Virus record (IMG/VR): IMGVR_UViG_3300013947_000024
Coordinates: 1 to 64,000 of that record
Length of the DNA stretch: 64,000 nt
Strand: one strand, 5' to 3'
Source of the DNA: a virus
Taxonomy: Duplodnaviria > Caudoviricetes
Within the stretch, counting starts at the first letter, position 1. The number at the start of each line of letters is the position of its first letter. Below, one piece after another: positions 27,924 through 36,213 of the stretch. Both the position numbers and the translations under genes were made by a program. The notes beneath the pieces were generated by a model. The model made no database searches. It was not told where the DNA came from and worked only from the letters and a program-made list of their open reading frames with translations.

Positions 27924-28778
27924 ATGATTAAGGTTGGCTCTGAAAATATTAACCGGATTATTGTTTCGCAAGATCAGGCGCAAACAGACCTACTTAGAGT
28001 GCTGAAGCCACAAAGCGTAACCGAAATCAATGACACAGATATGCTCTGGTTCGGTGCAAATTCGTATAAGACGGCATTTGCGAATCTACCAGAAACAGAT
28101 CGTGCATTGTATTTCAGTGGAAGAAGGACAGATACGACATATGGGTATACAACAATCCCGTCAAGTGGATTCGTTTTGGAATTTCCAAATGTTTCGACAC
28201 CATCTGGCACATCACAGCAGGGGGCATCGATATTTTCTGCTTGGATAGCTTTTGCACAACCGTATCAGTATCTCTCGGATGATTCTCAACCGAAAATTTC
28301 CCGTATAGGGGTCGTGATTGATGTCAGCTATGTTGGCACACAAACTCTAAACACGCTTGTGTATGTTAGGCGGGTTATGACTGACGGGACACAGACGGCA
28401 CTCGTAAGCGCGAACGACACAATATCTGCTGGCGGATCATTGTCTGCATCCTTGTGGATTGCCGATGATTTCAGAATAAGATCCACAATTGTAAAAAGAG
28501 AAAATGGTGCCACAAAGACTACGTTGTTGATTGGAGAAGCTCACGCGAATCAACTGTTTCCCGTCCCACTTCAATCCAAAAATCTTTCTGACGGAATATA
28601 TTCAATGATTGATGAAATTTCATTATACGGAATGAACAATCCAACAGCGAGATTCGCGGGGTATTACAAACCATCAAACATTGCAAGCAACTATATTCTG
28701 CGCAACTCAAGTAGCACAATTATCCTTAATGGAGTGTCGTTGGACGGGAGTATTGACTTTGAAAACAGAATCTACTAA
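27924..28778 (+). CDS. Hypothetical beta-rich protein, possibly virion-associated
   Basis: S/T-rich composition. Confidence 0.5.
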   Translation: MIKVGSENINRIIVSQDQAQTDLLRVLKPQSVTEINDTDMLWFGANSYKTAFANLPETDRALYFSGRRTDTTYGYTTIPSSGFVLEFPNVSTPSGTSQQGASIFSAWIAFAQPYQYLSDDSQPKISRIGVVIDVSYVGTQTLNTLVYVRRVMTDGTQTALVSANDTISAGGSLSASLWIADDFRIRSTIVKRENGATKTTLLIGEAHANQLFPVPLQSKNLSDGIYSMIDEISLYGMNNPTARFAGYYKPSNIASNYILRNSSSTIILNGVSLDGSIDFENRIY

Positions 28779-29316
28779 AAAGAAGAAAAAGAAATCTTCC
28801 CTCTATACCAATACAGGCTATGGAGATGTGGCATACGGATTAAAGATGTTCAATAAAGAGATGGGAAGTATTCCTGCTTCTGGTTCTTTCTTCTCTTCTG
28901 ATATAGGAAGTGTAGGAGGAATGATGGAAGATATTTCGGAAGATGACATCTTTTCTGAATTCATCCTTAAGCCAGCCACAGAATACATTGAGCAATTCTC
29001 GGAAGACGAAAATGAATATTCTAACATTAAGACTGAATATTCATGCGTTTCTAAGTTGCTGAATACGCCTATTAAAGACTTATTTGTTCTTTTAACAGAT
29101 GTTGACCTTACATCTACGCCGAATACTTACCGTACTTTCAGCGTGGTTGAGCGGTCGACAGGAGTCAGAATGAATAAATATACACACGATGAAATTAAAT
29201 TTGTCGAGGAAATTTCAAATAATTGCATAAAATATACATTTCCTTCGCATAAATATGCATTAGCTATGTTAAAAGCCTATGAAGAGGCGCAGAGGGGTAG
29301 GAGAGAAGACAGATGA
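28759..29316 (+). CDS. Hypothetical protein
   Basis: Start uncertain; poly-Lys then GD....MFN..MG...GGMMED. Confidence 0.45.
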   Translation: MKTESTKKKKKKSSLYTNTGYGDVAYGLKMFNKEMGSIPASGSFFSSDIGSVGGMMEDISEDDIFSEFILKPATEYIEQFSEDENEYSNIKTEYSCVSKLLNTPIKDLFVLLTDVDLTSTPNTYRTFSVVERSTGVRMNKYTHDEIKFVEEISNNCIKYTFPSHKYALAMLKAYEEAQRGRREDR

Positions 29317-31283
29317 GTAAATACAAATACAAGATTGACGGATATACGGATTTTGCAGAATATGCAATGAACCATGATGTATATCTTACAAAGGGATTAA
29401 GCTGGGTAGCAGACCCTAACGATATTTTGGTTTCCCATAGAGCTGTATTTGATATTGCGGATGATTCGGTTGTTTCGGAAGTGAACAATGGGATTAGGGC
29501 TAACAGAGAACAGTTTGAGCTTATTCCTATTACCCTTAGAGAGCCTTCTGATAATATGCACTCTTATAGAGGAGTAACATATCTTCAGGGATATAAGGCG
29601 AGATTAAAGACACAGAAGGGCGCCTCTTATACTTCTACTCTTAAGGAATCCTCTATTGGACGAATGAATCAGCATTTGACCGAGGATAAGAATTTTGCCA
29701 TTGTTTCTCCTTGTAAGAACGGAGACAGCAAAGAAGAACACAAGAAGAATCTCGCAAAACTTAAAAACGAAGTATATAACAAATATGGACTCGGATTCAT
29801 CGAACTTATCTCTAAATGGGTAGATGAAGATGGGAATGTTTTTGATGAATACGCTTTGTTTATCCCTAACATGAGCAAGAAGGTAGCAATGAAGCTCGGA
29901 GAAGAATACTCCCAGTGCTCTGTTATTGTTTGTGATGATGGGAAATGCGAGGAAATTTGTACTACTCCTTTTGATACATACAATGTCGGAGATACAGTAA
30001 GAACATTTAATCTTTCCTCCGATATTCCGATGAATATTACTCTTGCAAAGTCCATTCTCGATAAGGGCAATATGGGCGCAGTGAGTGTTACGAGAAAAGG
30101 AAATGTCCCGTTCCATCTTTCAGAAGTATTAGAGGTAATTCCCGCTAAGGCTTCTATGTTTGAAAAAGAAGAGAGATACAACAGAATCTATTGTGAAGCA
30201 TTCTCTATTCTCCCTATTGGAAAGAATACAGTCGCCAAGAAGGTTATCAAGGAAGAGCTTAAAGAGAAGTATAATCTTGATTTGTCTAATCTTGATTCTA
30301 CTAACGGAATTGTGTACGGTCTTTCTAAGAAGAGAGCAATTAAGATATGCGAGAAATATTCTCTCCCTTATACAATTCATTGTGATGGCTATAAGGCAGA
30401 TGTTGTTTGCACTTCTACCTTCGATGGCTTTGTAGAAGGCGACAAGCTGTCTTCTTTTAATGTTCCCTTTGATGGCAGTAAGAATATTACCGAGAGTGTT
30501 GTCGCTCGTTGTAGCAAGTTCTCACGCCTCGTGGAAGGTCTTGAGGAAAGTAAGAGATATAGAAAGGTTCAGAAGAGCCTTTATGGCGATCCGAATGGAA
30601 AGATCAAGACGTTTGCCATTGTCTCCCCTGAAAATCCAGAGGGTGCTCTTGGAGACAAGAAAGACCCTAATTTCAAAGAGAATTATCTGAACTACCTCGT
30701 AGATAAAGACAAGGGGCAATTTGATGGCAAGACAAGAGAAGAGCTCGCCACAGGAATCAGACGAGAGGGAGACAGAATCTTTCATATCGGCAGACTTCCT
30801 TATGTGCGATTGATTGGAGAATATGACGGGAGAGAAGAATCTTATATGATTTTTAATCTCACCCCGAGCGATGCTTTTAAGATTGCTCACGCATACGGGC
30901 AAGAGAGCTTTTTCTTCGGACATGTTTTTGAAGACCATTCTGATATTGCCTATTACAAAACTACGAACTTCTGTAAATCATATCGACTTGTTGAAGTATC
31001 GCAGACGGTATCGGATGAGACTAAGGCGGATAATTACTTCTCTAAGTTTGGAGCGAAATTCAAGATTAACATGAATGAATTTGATGATGTGGTCCCAGAA
31101 GTCAAGAATCCATCTGCTTTTGATGCTTCTCTGTCGGAGGGTTTGTCATATATGATGAAAGCCGAGGCGAGAAAGCACATACCGTATGATACGCCAGAGG
31201 ATTTCAGAGAAGAATATAGTGTATTTAATCATGTAACGCCGTATGAAAGGAAAGAATTTCCTAAAATTTTCATTAGACGGTAA
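29313..31283 (+). CDS. Protein with three tandem SAM-lyase/DUF3293-like domains
   Basis: FAIVSP...W...DE...LGEEYSQCSV; a degenerate copy; FAIVSP...GEY..REES...AHAYGQES. Internal duplication CTTPFD...GD...FN...NIT vs CTSTFD...GD...FN...NIT. Confidence 0.55.
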   Translation: MSKYKYKIDGYTDFAEYAMNHDVYLTKGLSWVADPNDILVSHRAVFDIADDSVVSEVNNGIRANREQFELIPITLREPSDNMHSYRGVTYLQGYKARLKTQKGASYTSTLKESSIGRMNQHLTEDKNFAIVSPCKNGDSKEEHKKNLAKLKNEVYNKYGLGFIELISKWVDEDGNVFDEYALFIPNMSKKVAMKLGEEYSQCSVIVCDDGKCEEICTTPFDTYNVGDTVRTFNLSSDIPMNITLAKSILDKGNMGAVSVTRKGNVPFHLSEVLEVIPAKASMFEKEERYNRIYCEAFSILPIGKNTVAKKVIKEELKEKYNLDLSNLDSTNGIVYGLSKKRAIKICEKYSLPYTIHCDGYKADVVCTSTFDGFVEGDKLSSFNVPFDGSKNITESVVARCSKFSRLVEGLEESKRYRKVQKSLYGDPNGKIKTFAIVSPENPEGALGDKKDPNFKENYLNYLVDKDKGQFDGKTREELATGIRREGDRIFHIGRLPYVRLIGEYDGREESYMIFNLTPSDAFKIAHAYGQESFFFGHVFEDHSDIAYYKTTNFCKSYRLVEVSQTVSDETKADNYFSKFGAKFKINMNEFDDVVPEVKNPSAFDASLSEGLSYMMKAEARKHIPYDTPEDFREEYSVFNHVTPYERKEFPKIFIRR

Positions 31284-31297
31284 GAGAGGATAAATAA

Positions 31298-32065
31298 ATG
31301 GACGAAAGAGATACTTTTTTTGATAGTGGATATGAGTGGGAAATCACTTCTATCCTAAGAGAAACCGAAGGTCAAGACTCCGATGGTTGGCTTACCAACT
31401 GGCTCGTTGTCGAGGCTAAGAACGAAGACGGAGATAAGAAATATTTCGTCATTGAAGAGGACGCTGGCTATGCAGATTGGGGTCCTCTTGATACCCCCAA
31501 GGAAGCTATTGAGTGGCTTCTTCACAAATGGGATAATGTAGACGAAGATGAGAAGGAATATGATGATGATTATATTCCCGAATCAAAGTGTGAAGAGTGC
31601 GAAGAAGATCTCGCTCTTGATGATGTGGAGATTGACGACGCCTTCATTAACAGTCTTTCTGATACCCCCGTTGTGACTGCTGAAGTTGTAGAGGAAGAGC
31701 CGAAGGAAGATAAGCCTCCTCAGACACCCAAAGAGAATGGTCTTGCTACCACTCTGAATAAACTGATTGTCGGAGAGCTTGATACAATCAACGATTATAA
31801 TGCGGCTATCCAGCAGTGTAAGGATTGGGGATTTGAAGACAAGATTCCCTCTCTTGAAGATATCGTTAAGGAAGAGCATGTTCACATCGGTCAGCTTCAG
31901 GAGCTTCTTAAAACTGTTTCCTCTAACGCCAATGCTATTGAACAGGGCGAAGAAGAGGGAGCTAAACAGATTGCAAAGGCTGAATCGGAAGATGATATTC
32001 CCATGATTTACGCTAACGACAACGATGTCTTTGTGGATGCGGAAGACTTTGTAGAAATTGACTGA
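31298..32065 (+). CDS. Acidic protein with C-terminal ferritin/rubrerythrin-like domain
   Basis: GELDTINDY...DIVKEEHVHIGQL (E...Y / EExxH). Confidence 0.65.
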   Translation: MDERDTFFDSGYEWEITSILRETEGQDSDGWLTNWLVVEAKNEDGDKKYFVIEEDAGYADWGPLDTPKEAIEWLLHKWDNVDEDEKEYDDDYIPESKCEECEEDLALDDVEIDDAFINSLSDTPVVTAEVVEEEPKEDKPPQTPKENGLATTLNKLIVGELDTINDYNAAIQQCKDWGFEDKIPSLEDIVKEEHVHIGQLQELLKTVSSNANAIEQGEEEGAKQIAKAESEDDIPMIYANDNDVFVDAEDFVEID

Positions 32066-32077
32066 GGAAATTCTTAA

Positions 32078-32112
32078 AAGTAGTTGACAAACAATCCCTC
32101 TTGTGATACAAT
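32078..32112 (+). promoter_or_regulatory. SigA-type promoter (P5)
   Basis: AAGTAG-TTGACA 32084-32089, 17 bp spacer, TG-n-TACAAT 32107-32112. Confidence 0.8.
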
Positions 32113-32134
32113 AGAACCATAGGAGGGATTTTTG

Positions 32135-32617
32135 ATGAAACTCGTACACACCGACCATCTTTTAGAGATGGCGAATATTCGCGGGAAGGATATGAAGAGA
32201 GAGGATATTCACTTCTCTTTCTTCTTCTCGCGCAAATATCCTAATCACGCTCCCAGAATCAAGATTTGCTGGAACAGAGAAAAGATGACTCATGATACAG
32301 GTAATCTTGAAATTCATGGTGATTACGCCTATACACAGGATTCTTCTTGCAGGTATAAACCAGATACGGTTGATATTGCTACGGCTCGGTATTTTGCAAA
32401 GAAGTACAAAGTCCTTTTGACTGCTGTATGGGAAGAGAAACTCGACCCTAACGATTTGATCGACTGGTTCAGAGAGAGAATCGGCTGGAAGGAACTTATG
32501 AGTTGCTTTGTCAATATCGACCCAACCATGTCAAGACTTCTTCTATGCGTAGCGCCGAGTGTGAGTAATCTGGAGCTGTTTGTACGCGAGCACAACCTTT
32601 GGAATCTATACGACTAA
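32135..32617 (+). CDS. DUF4160-like protein (LxEMAN...H.PRIK type)
   Basis: HLLEMAN followed by NHAPRIKI. Confidence 0.45.
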   Translation: MKLVHTDHLLEMANIRGKDMKREDIHFSFFFSRKYPNHAPRIKICWNREKMTHDTGNLEIHGDYAYTQDSSCRYKPDTVDIATARYFAKKYKVLLTAVWEEKLDPNDLIDWFRERIGWKELMSCFVNIDPTMSRLLLCVAPSVSNLELFVREHNLWNLYD

Positions 32618-32636
32618 TTAAACAGGAGATATAATT

Positions 32637-33356
32637 ATGAAACTTCTTAAAGAAGAGAAGCTCGACAGAAAGCAGATTGCTATTGAAGAGCTTGCCAAGA
32701 AACTTGAACTTGACCCGAAGACGCTTAAGGCGGAGGAAGAGCGTTCGGATAATCAGTACATCTACTATACCGTAGAGACGGAAGACGGTGAGAGATATGT
32801 GGTAGCAGATCATGTAACAGCGGAAGATCTTGCCAAGTCAGATGTTAAATCCGTTGTTGATGACCTCGGTATTGAATCTTTTACGAAAGAGTATCAGAAA
32901 AAGATTTTCGATAAATTCGCAGATGAAGAGCCTTTTCGTCAAGCGTTTGATGAGTCGTATCGTTCTTATATTGAAGATATTAAGAGCGAAGATGACGACG
33001 AGTACGAAAATCGTTTTGTAAGAGAGCTTGTTGAAAATGAGATTGTCTCTGATGATGATCTTGTGGAAAACGAAGACGGACTTCTTGCTCTGAAAGAAGA
33101 CGCTGATGAAGACGACCTTGTTGACCGCTTTGTTGACGCTATGGCTAATGCGTGGAATTATGATTATGTCAATTGGATGAAGACTGAATTTGGTCTTGAT
33201 GAAGTGACTCGTTTTATTAAAGAGACCGACGCTGTTGATTGGGACGCAGTTGCCAAGGACGCTGTTGATGTTGATGGCATTGCTCATTTCGTAGCCTCTT
33301 ATGACGGCGAAGAGCTTGAACTTGGCGCTGATCTTTACGCATACAGAATTGACTAA
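32637..33356 (+). CDS. Highly acidic protein, putative antirestriction/DNA mimic
   Basis: D/E-rich; DGIAHFVASYDGEE; starts MKLLKEE. Confidence 0.5.
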   Translation: MKLLKEEKLDRKQIAIEELAKKLELDPKTLKAEEERSDNQYIYYTVETEDGERYVVADHVTAEDLAKSDVKSVVDDLGIESFTKEYQKKIFDKFADEEPFRQAFDESYRSYIEDIKSEDDDEYENRFVRELVENEIVSDDDLVENEDGLLALKEDADEDDLVDRFVDAMANAWNYDYVNWMKTEFGLDEVTRFIKETDAVDWDAVAKDAVDVDGIAHFVASYDGEELELGADLYAYRID

Positions 33357-33374
33357 AATAGAGAGGGAGAAACA

Positions 33375-34100
33375 ATGAAACTTAATAAAGCAATTAACGA
33401 AGCCATGGAAGCGAAGCCTTTTGCTATCAGAGAGCCGAAGGTTATTGCGGCTGACAGACAGTCCTATGTAGTGGCTGTTGACGACATCAACAAGGCGGCA
33501 GATGAAGCAGAGAAAGTGAATGCAGAGCTTGAGAAGACCATCGATGATTCTATTGTCCCGAAGGTTACTAAGGCAATGGAGGATAAAGTCCTCTTCCGTA
33601 AAAAGCTTGATGAATCCCTCTTTGACGGCGAAAAGAAATCCGTTGTAGAGAGAATCATGATTAAGCCCAAACGCAAAATTGAAGAGTCGAAAGTTGAAGA
33701 GGAAGTACTCGAAGAGAAGAAGAAAGAGATCGAAGGCGTCCCCGAGGATGTATGGACTGTTGCTTATGACAGACTTTTCCCTGGTAACCGTTTTAAGAAG
33801 CCTCTTATCGCACAGGACATTAAGAAGCAGTATGACCCTTCTCAGTATTATAAGACGGCTGGCTCTATTCATGACATCGGTATCTTTGTGGAATCTCCTG
33901 AAGACGCCGACCTTGCCAAGAAGGTAGCCGACGAGCTCCTGCTTATCAGCACAAAGCCGAAGAAGGTTGACGAAGACAAGTATGCGGTTGTTATCAGAAT
34001 CACAGAGGACGATTTCAATCTTCCCTTTGAAGAGTACTGCAAGAAGTATGGTCTTGATTATTCCGCTATCATTCCTGTCGCTTCTTCTACCAAAGACTAA
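33375..34100 (+). CDS. Hypothetical protein, probable head-internal/core protein
   Basis: Multiple L/I/M-x-E motifs in the N-terminal half. Confidence 0.45.
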   Translation: MKLNKAINEAMEAKPFAIREPKVIAADRQSYVVAVDDINKAADEAEKVNAELEKTIDDSIVPKVTKAMEDKVLFRKKLDESLFDGEKKSVVERIMIKPKRKIEESKVEEEVLEEKKKEIEGVPEDVWTVAYDRLFPGNRFKKPLIAQDIKKQYDPSQYYKTAGSIHDIGIFVESPEDADLAKKVADELLLISTKPKKVDEDKYAVVIRITEDDFNLPFEEYCKKYGLDYSAIIPVASSTKD

Positions 34101-34126
34101 TACTACAACGAGGGAGTGATATAGCT

Positions 34127-34768
34127 ATGTCGATGTTCGACAATTACAAAAACCTTAATCCAGACTATATTCCCGACAACAGAAAAGAAACACTCCCTTC
34201 TTGCAATGTTGAATTCGATGACACTCTCCCTAAAGTCTTAAAGGGCTATTGGGGAGAGCCTATCGGATATACATGGCATTATGGAGATACTTTTACGGCT
34301 CATATCAATCTGAACAAGCTCATTACCATTGACGAGAGCGATATTGTATATACGGAAGCAGGAGAAGCGCCCGATGAAAATACAAAGGGAGAATTTCTCC
34401 AGAGCATCTACAATACATACGACCTTAAAAGATGGGTTTGTATGTCTATCGGTCAGTCTGTTTATACATGGAAAGAGATGATCCCCTTCTCTTATCCGCA
34501 ACACGCCAAGAAGCAAGTATATCTTCAAGACGCAAGAGCGTATGAAGGTAAGCCTCTTATCTTCTCTATTCTTAATTTCAGAGGCGAGCCTCTTTATACC
34601 ATAGAGATAGAAGGAACGCAGATTGCAGATATTACCATTGACGAAGAGACTGCTAAGAAACTTATTCCTGGACTTTATAGAGCGTACTTTGTTTCCGACA
34701 ATGACCTTACTGTAAAGACTGTTAAGAGCTTCCAGATTGAAGTCTTGGGCGAGAAAGGAGTTTTCTAA
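34127..34768 (+). CDS. Putative virion structural protein
   Basis: Beta-rich; precedes BppU-like gene. Confidence 0.45.
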   Translation: MSMFDNYKNLNPDYIPDNRKETLPSCNVEFDDTLPKVLKGYWGEPIGYTWHYGDTFTAHINLNKLITIDESDIVYTEAGEAPDENTKGEFLQSIYNTYDLKRWVCMSIGQSVYTWKEMIPFSYPQHAKKQVYLQDARAYEGKPLIFSILNFRGEPLYTIEIEGTQIADITIDEETAKKLIPGLYRAYFVSDNDLTVKTVKSFQIEVLGEKGVF

Positions 34769-35154
34769 TGTTTCAGATTGCACAAGATAATTCTGTCCGC
34801 CTTTCCAGAGGAGATTATGTTGTCTTCTCATGCTTCATCAATGCGGGGAATAAACTGACACTAAGGCGATATACTCTTAATGCAGATAATGAGGCAAGAA
34901 AGGGAGATATTCTCTATTTTGCTATTATGGAGCCTAACCATAAGTTTGAAGACGCAATTGTGAAGAAGACATTTACCGCTGATTCTCCTACAAACGAATT
35001 TGGAGATACTCTTATTGAACTTAAACCAGAAGACACCGAGAATCTTCTCACTGGTCTTTACTATTACACCGTCAAGCTCCAGAGGTTTGCTGATGATGGC
35101 TCGTATTATGTAGACACTATCATTCCTGACAGGCGCTTCGTCATCGAGGATTAA
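34768..35154 (+). CDS. BppU-N-like baseplate/structural protein
   Basis: LSRGD...IELKPEDT..L..G.Y.Y.VKL...VDTII pattern. Confidence 0.55.
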   Translation: MFQIAQDNSVRLSRGDYVVFSCFINAGNKLTLRRYTLNADNEARKGDILYFAIMEPNHKFEDAIVKKTFTADSPTNEFGDTLIELKPEDTENLLTGLYYYTVKLQRFADDGSYYVDTIIPDRRFVIED

Positions 35155-35273
35155 GCCACAGGAGGCGTCAGAATTGGCTCTGTTGGGCGTTTGACTATTT
35201 GTTGGTGTAGTAAATAGACTACGCAACAAATCGCAATACGGAGAGTTTTAGAGCCTCTCACGCTAAACCAATC

Positions 35274-35325
35274 AAGACTGTATATTTATGCAGTGCGACG
35301 CATATTTATACAGTCTTTTTCTTTT
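35274..35325 (+). terminator. Rho-independent terminator
   Basis: AAGACTGTATA...TATACAGTCTT followed by T-rich tail. Confidence 0.65.
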
Positions 35326-35433
35326 GTCTTTCGACACACCAACAAAGAGTGTCAATTTAATAAAACCGTGAAGAGATAGCGACAAAATCTATTAGAAAAA
35401 TAAAAAATATTTTTGGAGAGAGGAGATTCGTGT

Positions 35434-35745
35434 ATGGACAATCAAGTTCTTATGATTATTCTCGATGTGCTGGCGGCTATTGCTATTCTTATCCCTGTTG
35501 GATATAGCATTTTCCGTGTAGTCTCGAAGGCTTTCAAGGACAAGGATTATGCTAAACTTCTCTCTAATGCACTTGATCTTATCGTAGTTGCAGAAGAGAA
35601 GTACAGCAATGGAGAAGACAAGAAGAAATTTGTTCTTGATATGCTTTCCGAGATTGCCAAGAAGGCAGGAATTAAGTACGACGCTGATAAGCTGTCTGCT
35701 ACAATTGACGAGATTATTGCACTCAGCAAGAAAGTAAACAAGTAA
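35434..35745 (+). CDS. Holin, LL-H-like
   Basis: N-terminal TM helix; AEE....GEDKK..V...I..I. Confidence 0.7.
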   Translation: MDNQVLMIILDVLAAIAILIPVGYSIFRVVSKAFKDKDYAKLLSNALDLIVVAEEKYSNGEDKKKFVLDMLSEIAKKAGIKYDADKLSATIDEIIALSKKVNK

Positions 35746-35812
35746 CCAAGCAAGGGTAGAGAAAATCTTATCATCTCTGCCCTCTTTTCTTAGAGACGAA
35801 AGGGACAATACG

Positions 35813-36190
35813 ATGGGCGGAGAAATTTTTTGGGAAATTGTTCGTGCCTCTGCGGCACCTATTGCAACAGCTATTGTAACATTTCTCATTACTAAAATCA
35901 GAGCTATTGATAAGCAGAGACAAACCGAACGGGAGATTGCCGAGCGCATGAAAAAAGAGCAGACAGAAACGACGGAGAAGCTGACTGACAGTATGAAGGT
36001 TCTTTTAAGACGCACAATCAAAGAAGATTGCGAGGAATATCTTAAAAGAGGGTTCTGTTCTGTTGAAGAAAGAGAAGAGCTTGAAGAGGCATATAATCTC
36101 TATACTGGCTTTGGAGGGAACCACACAATTCCTCAGTATATGAAGAGGATTGAAAAACTTCCTTTTCACGATCAAAACGCAACACACTAA
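35813..36190 (+). CDS. Holin-like/lysis-associated membrane protein
   Basis: N-terminal TM, coiled coil, Y...GGNH motif. Confidence 0.55.
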   Translation: MGGEIFWEIVRASAAPIATAIVTFLITKIRAIDKQRQTEREIAERMKKEQTETTEKLTDSMKVLLRRTIKEDCEEYLKRGFCSVEEREELEEAYNLYTGFGGNHTIPQYMKRIEKLPFHDQNATH

Positions 36191-36213
36191 TCCCACAAGA
36201 AGGGAGATTAAAC

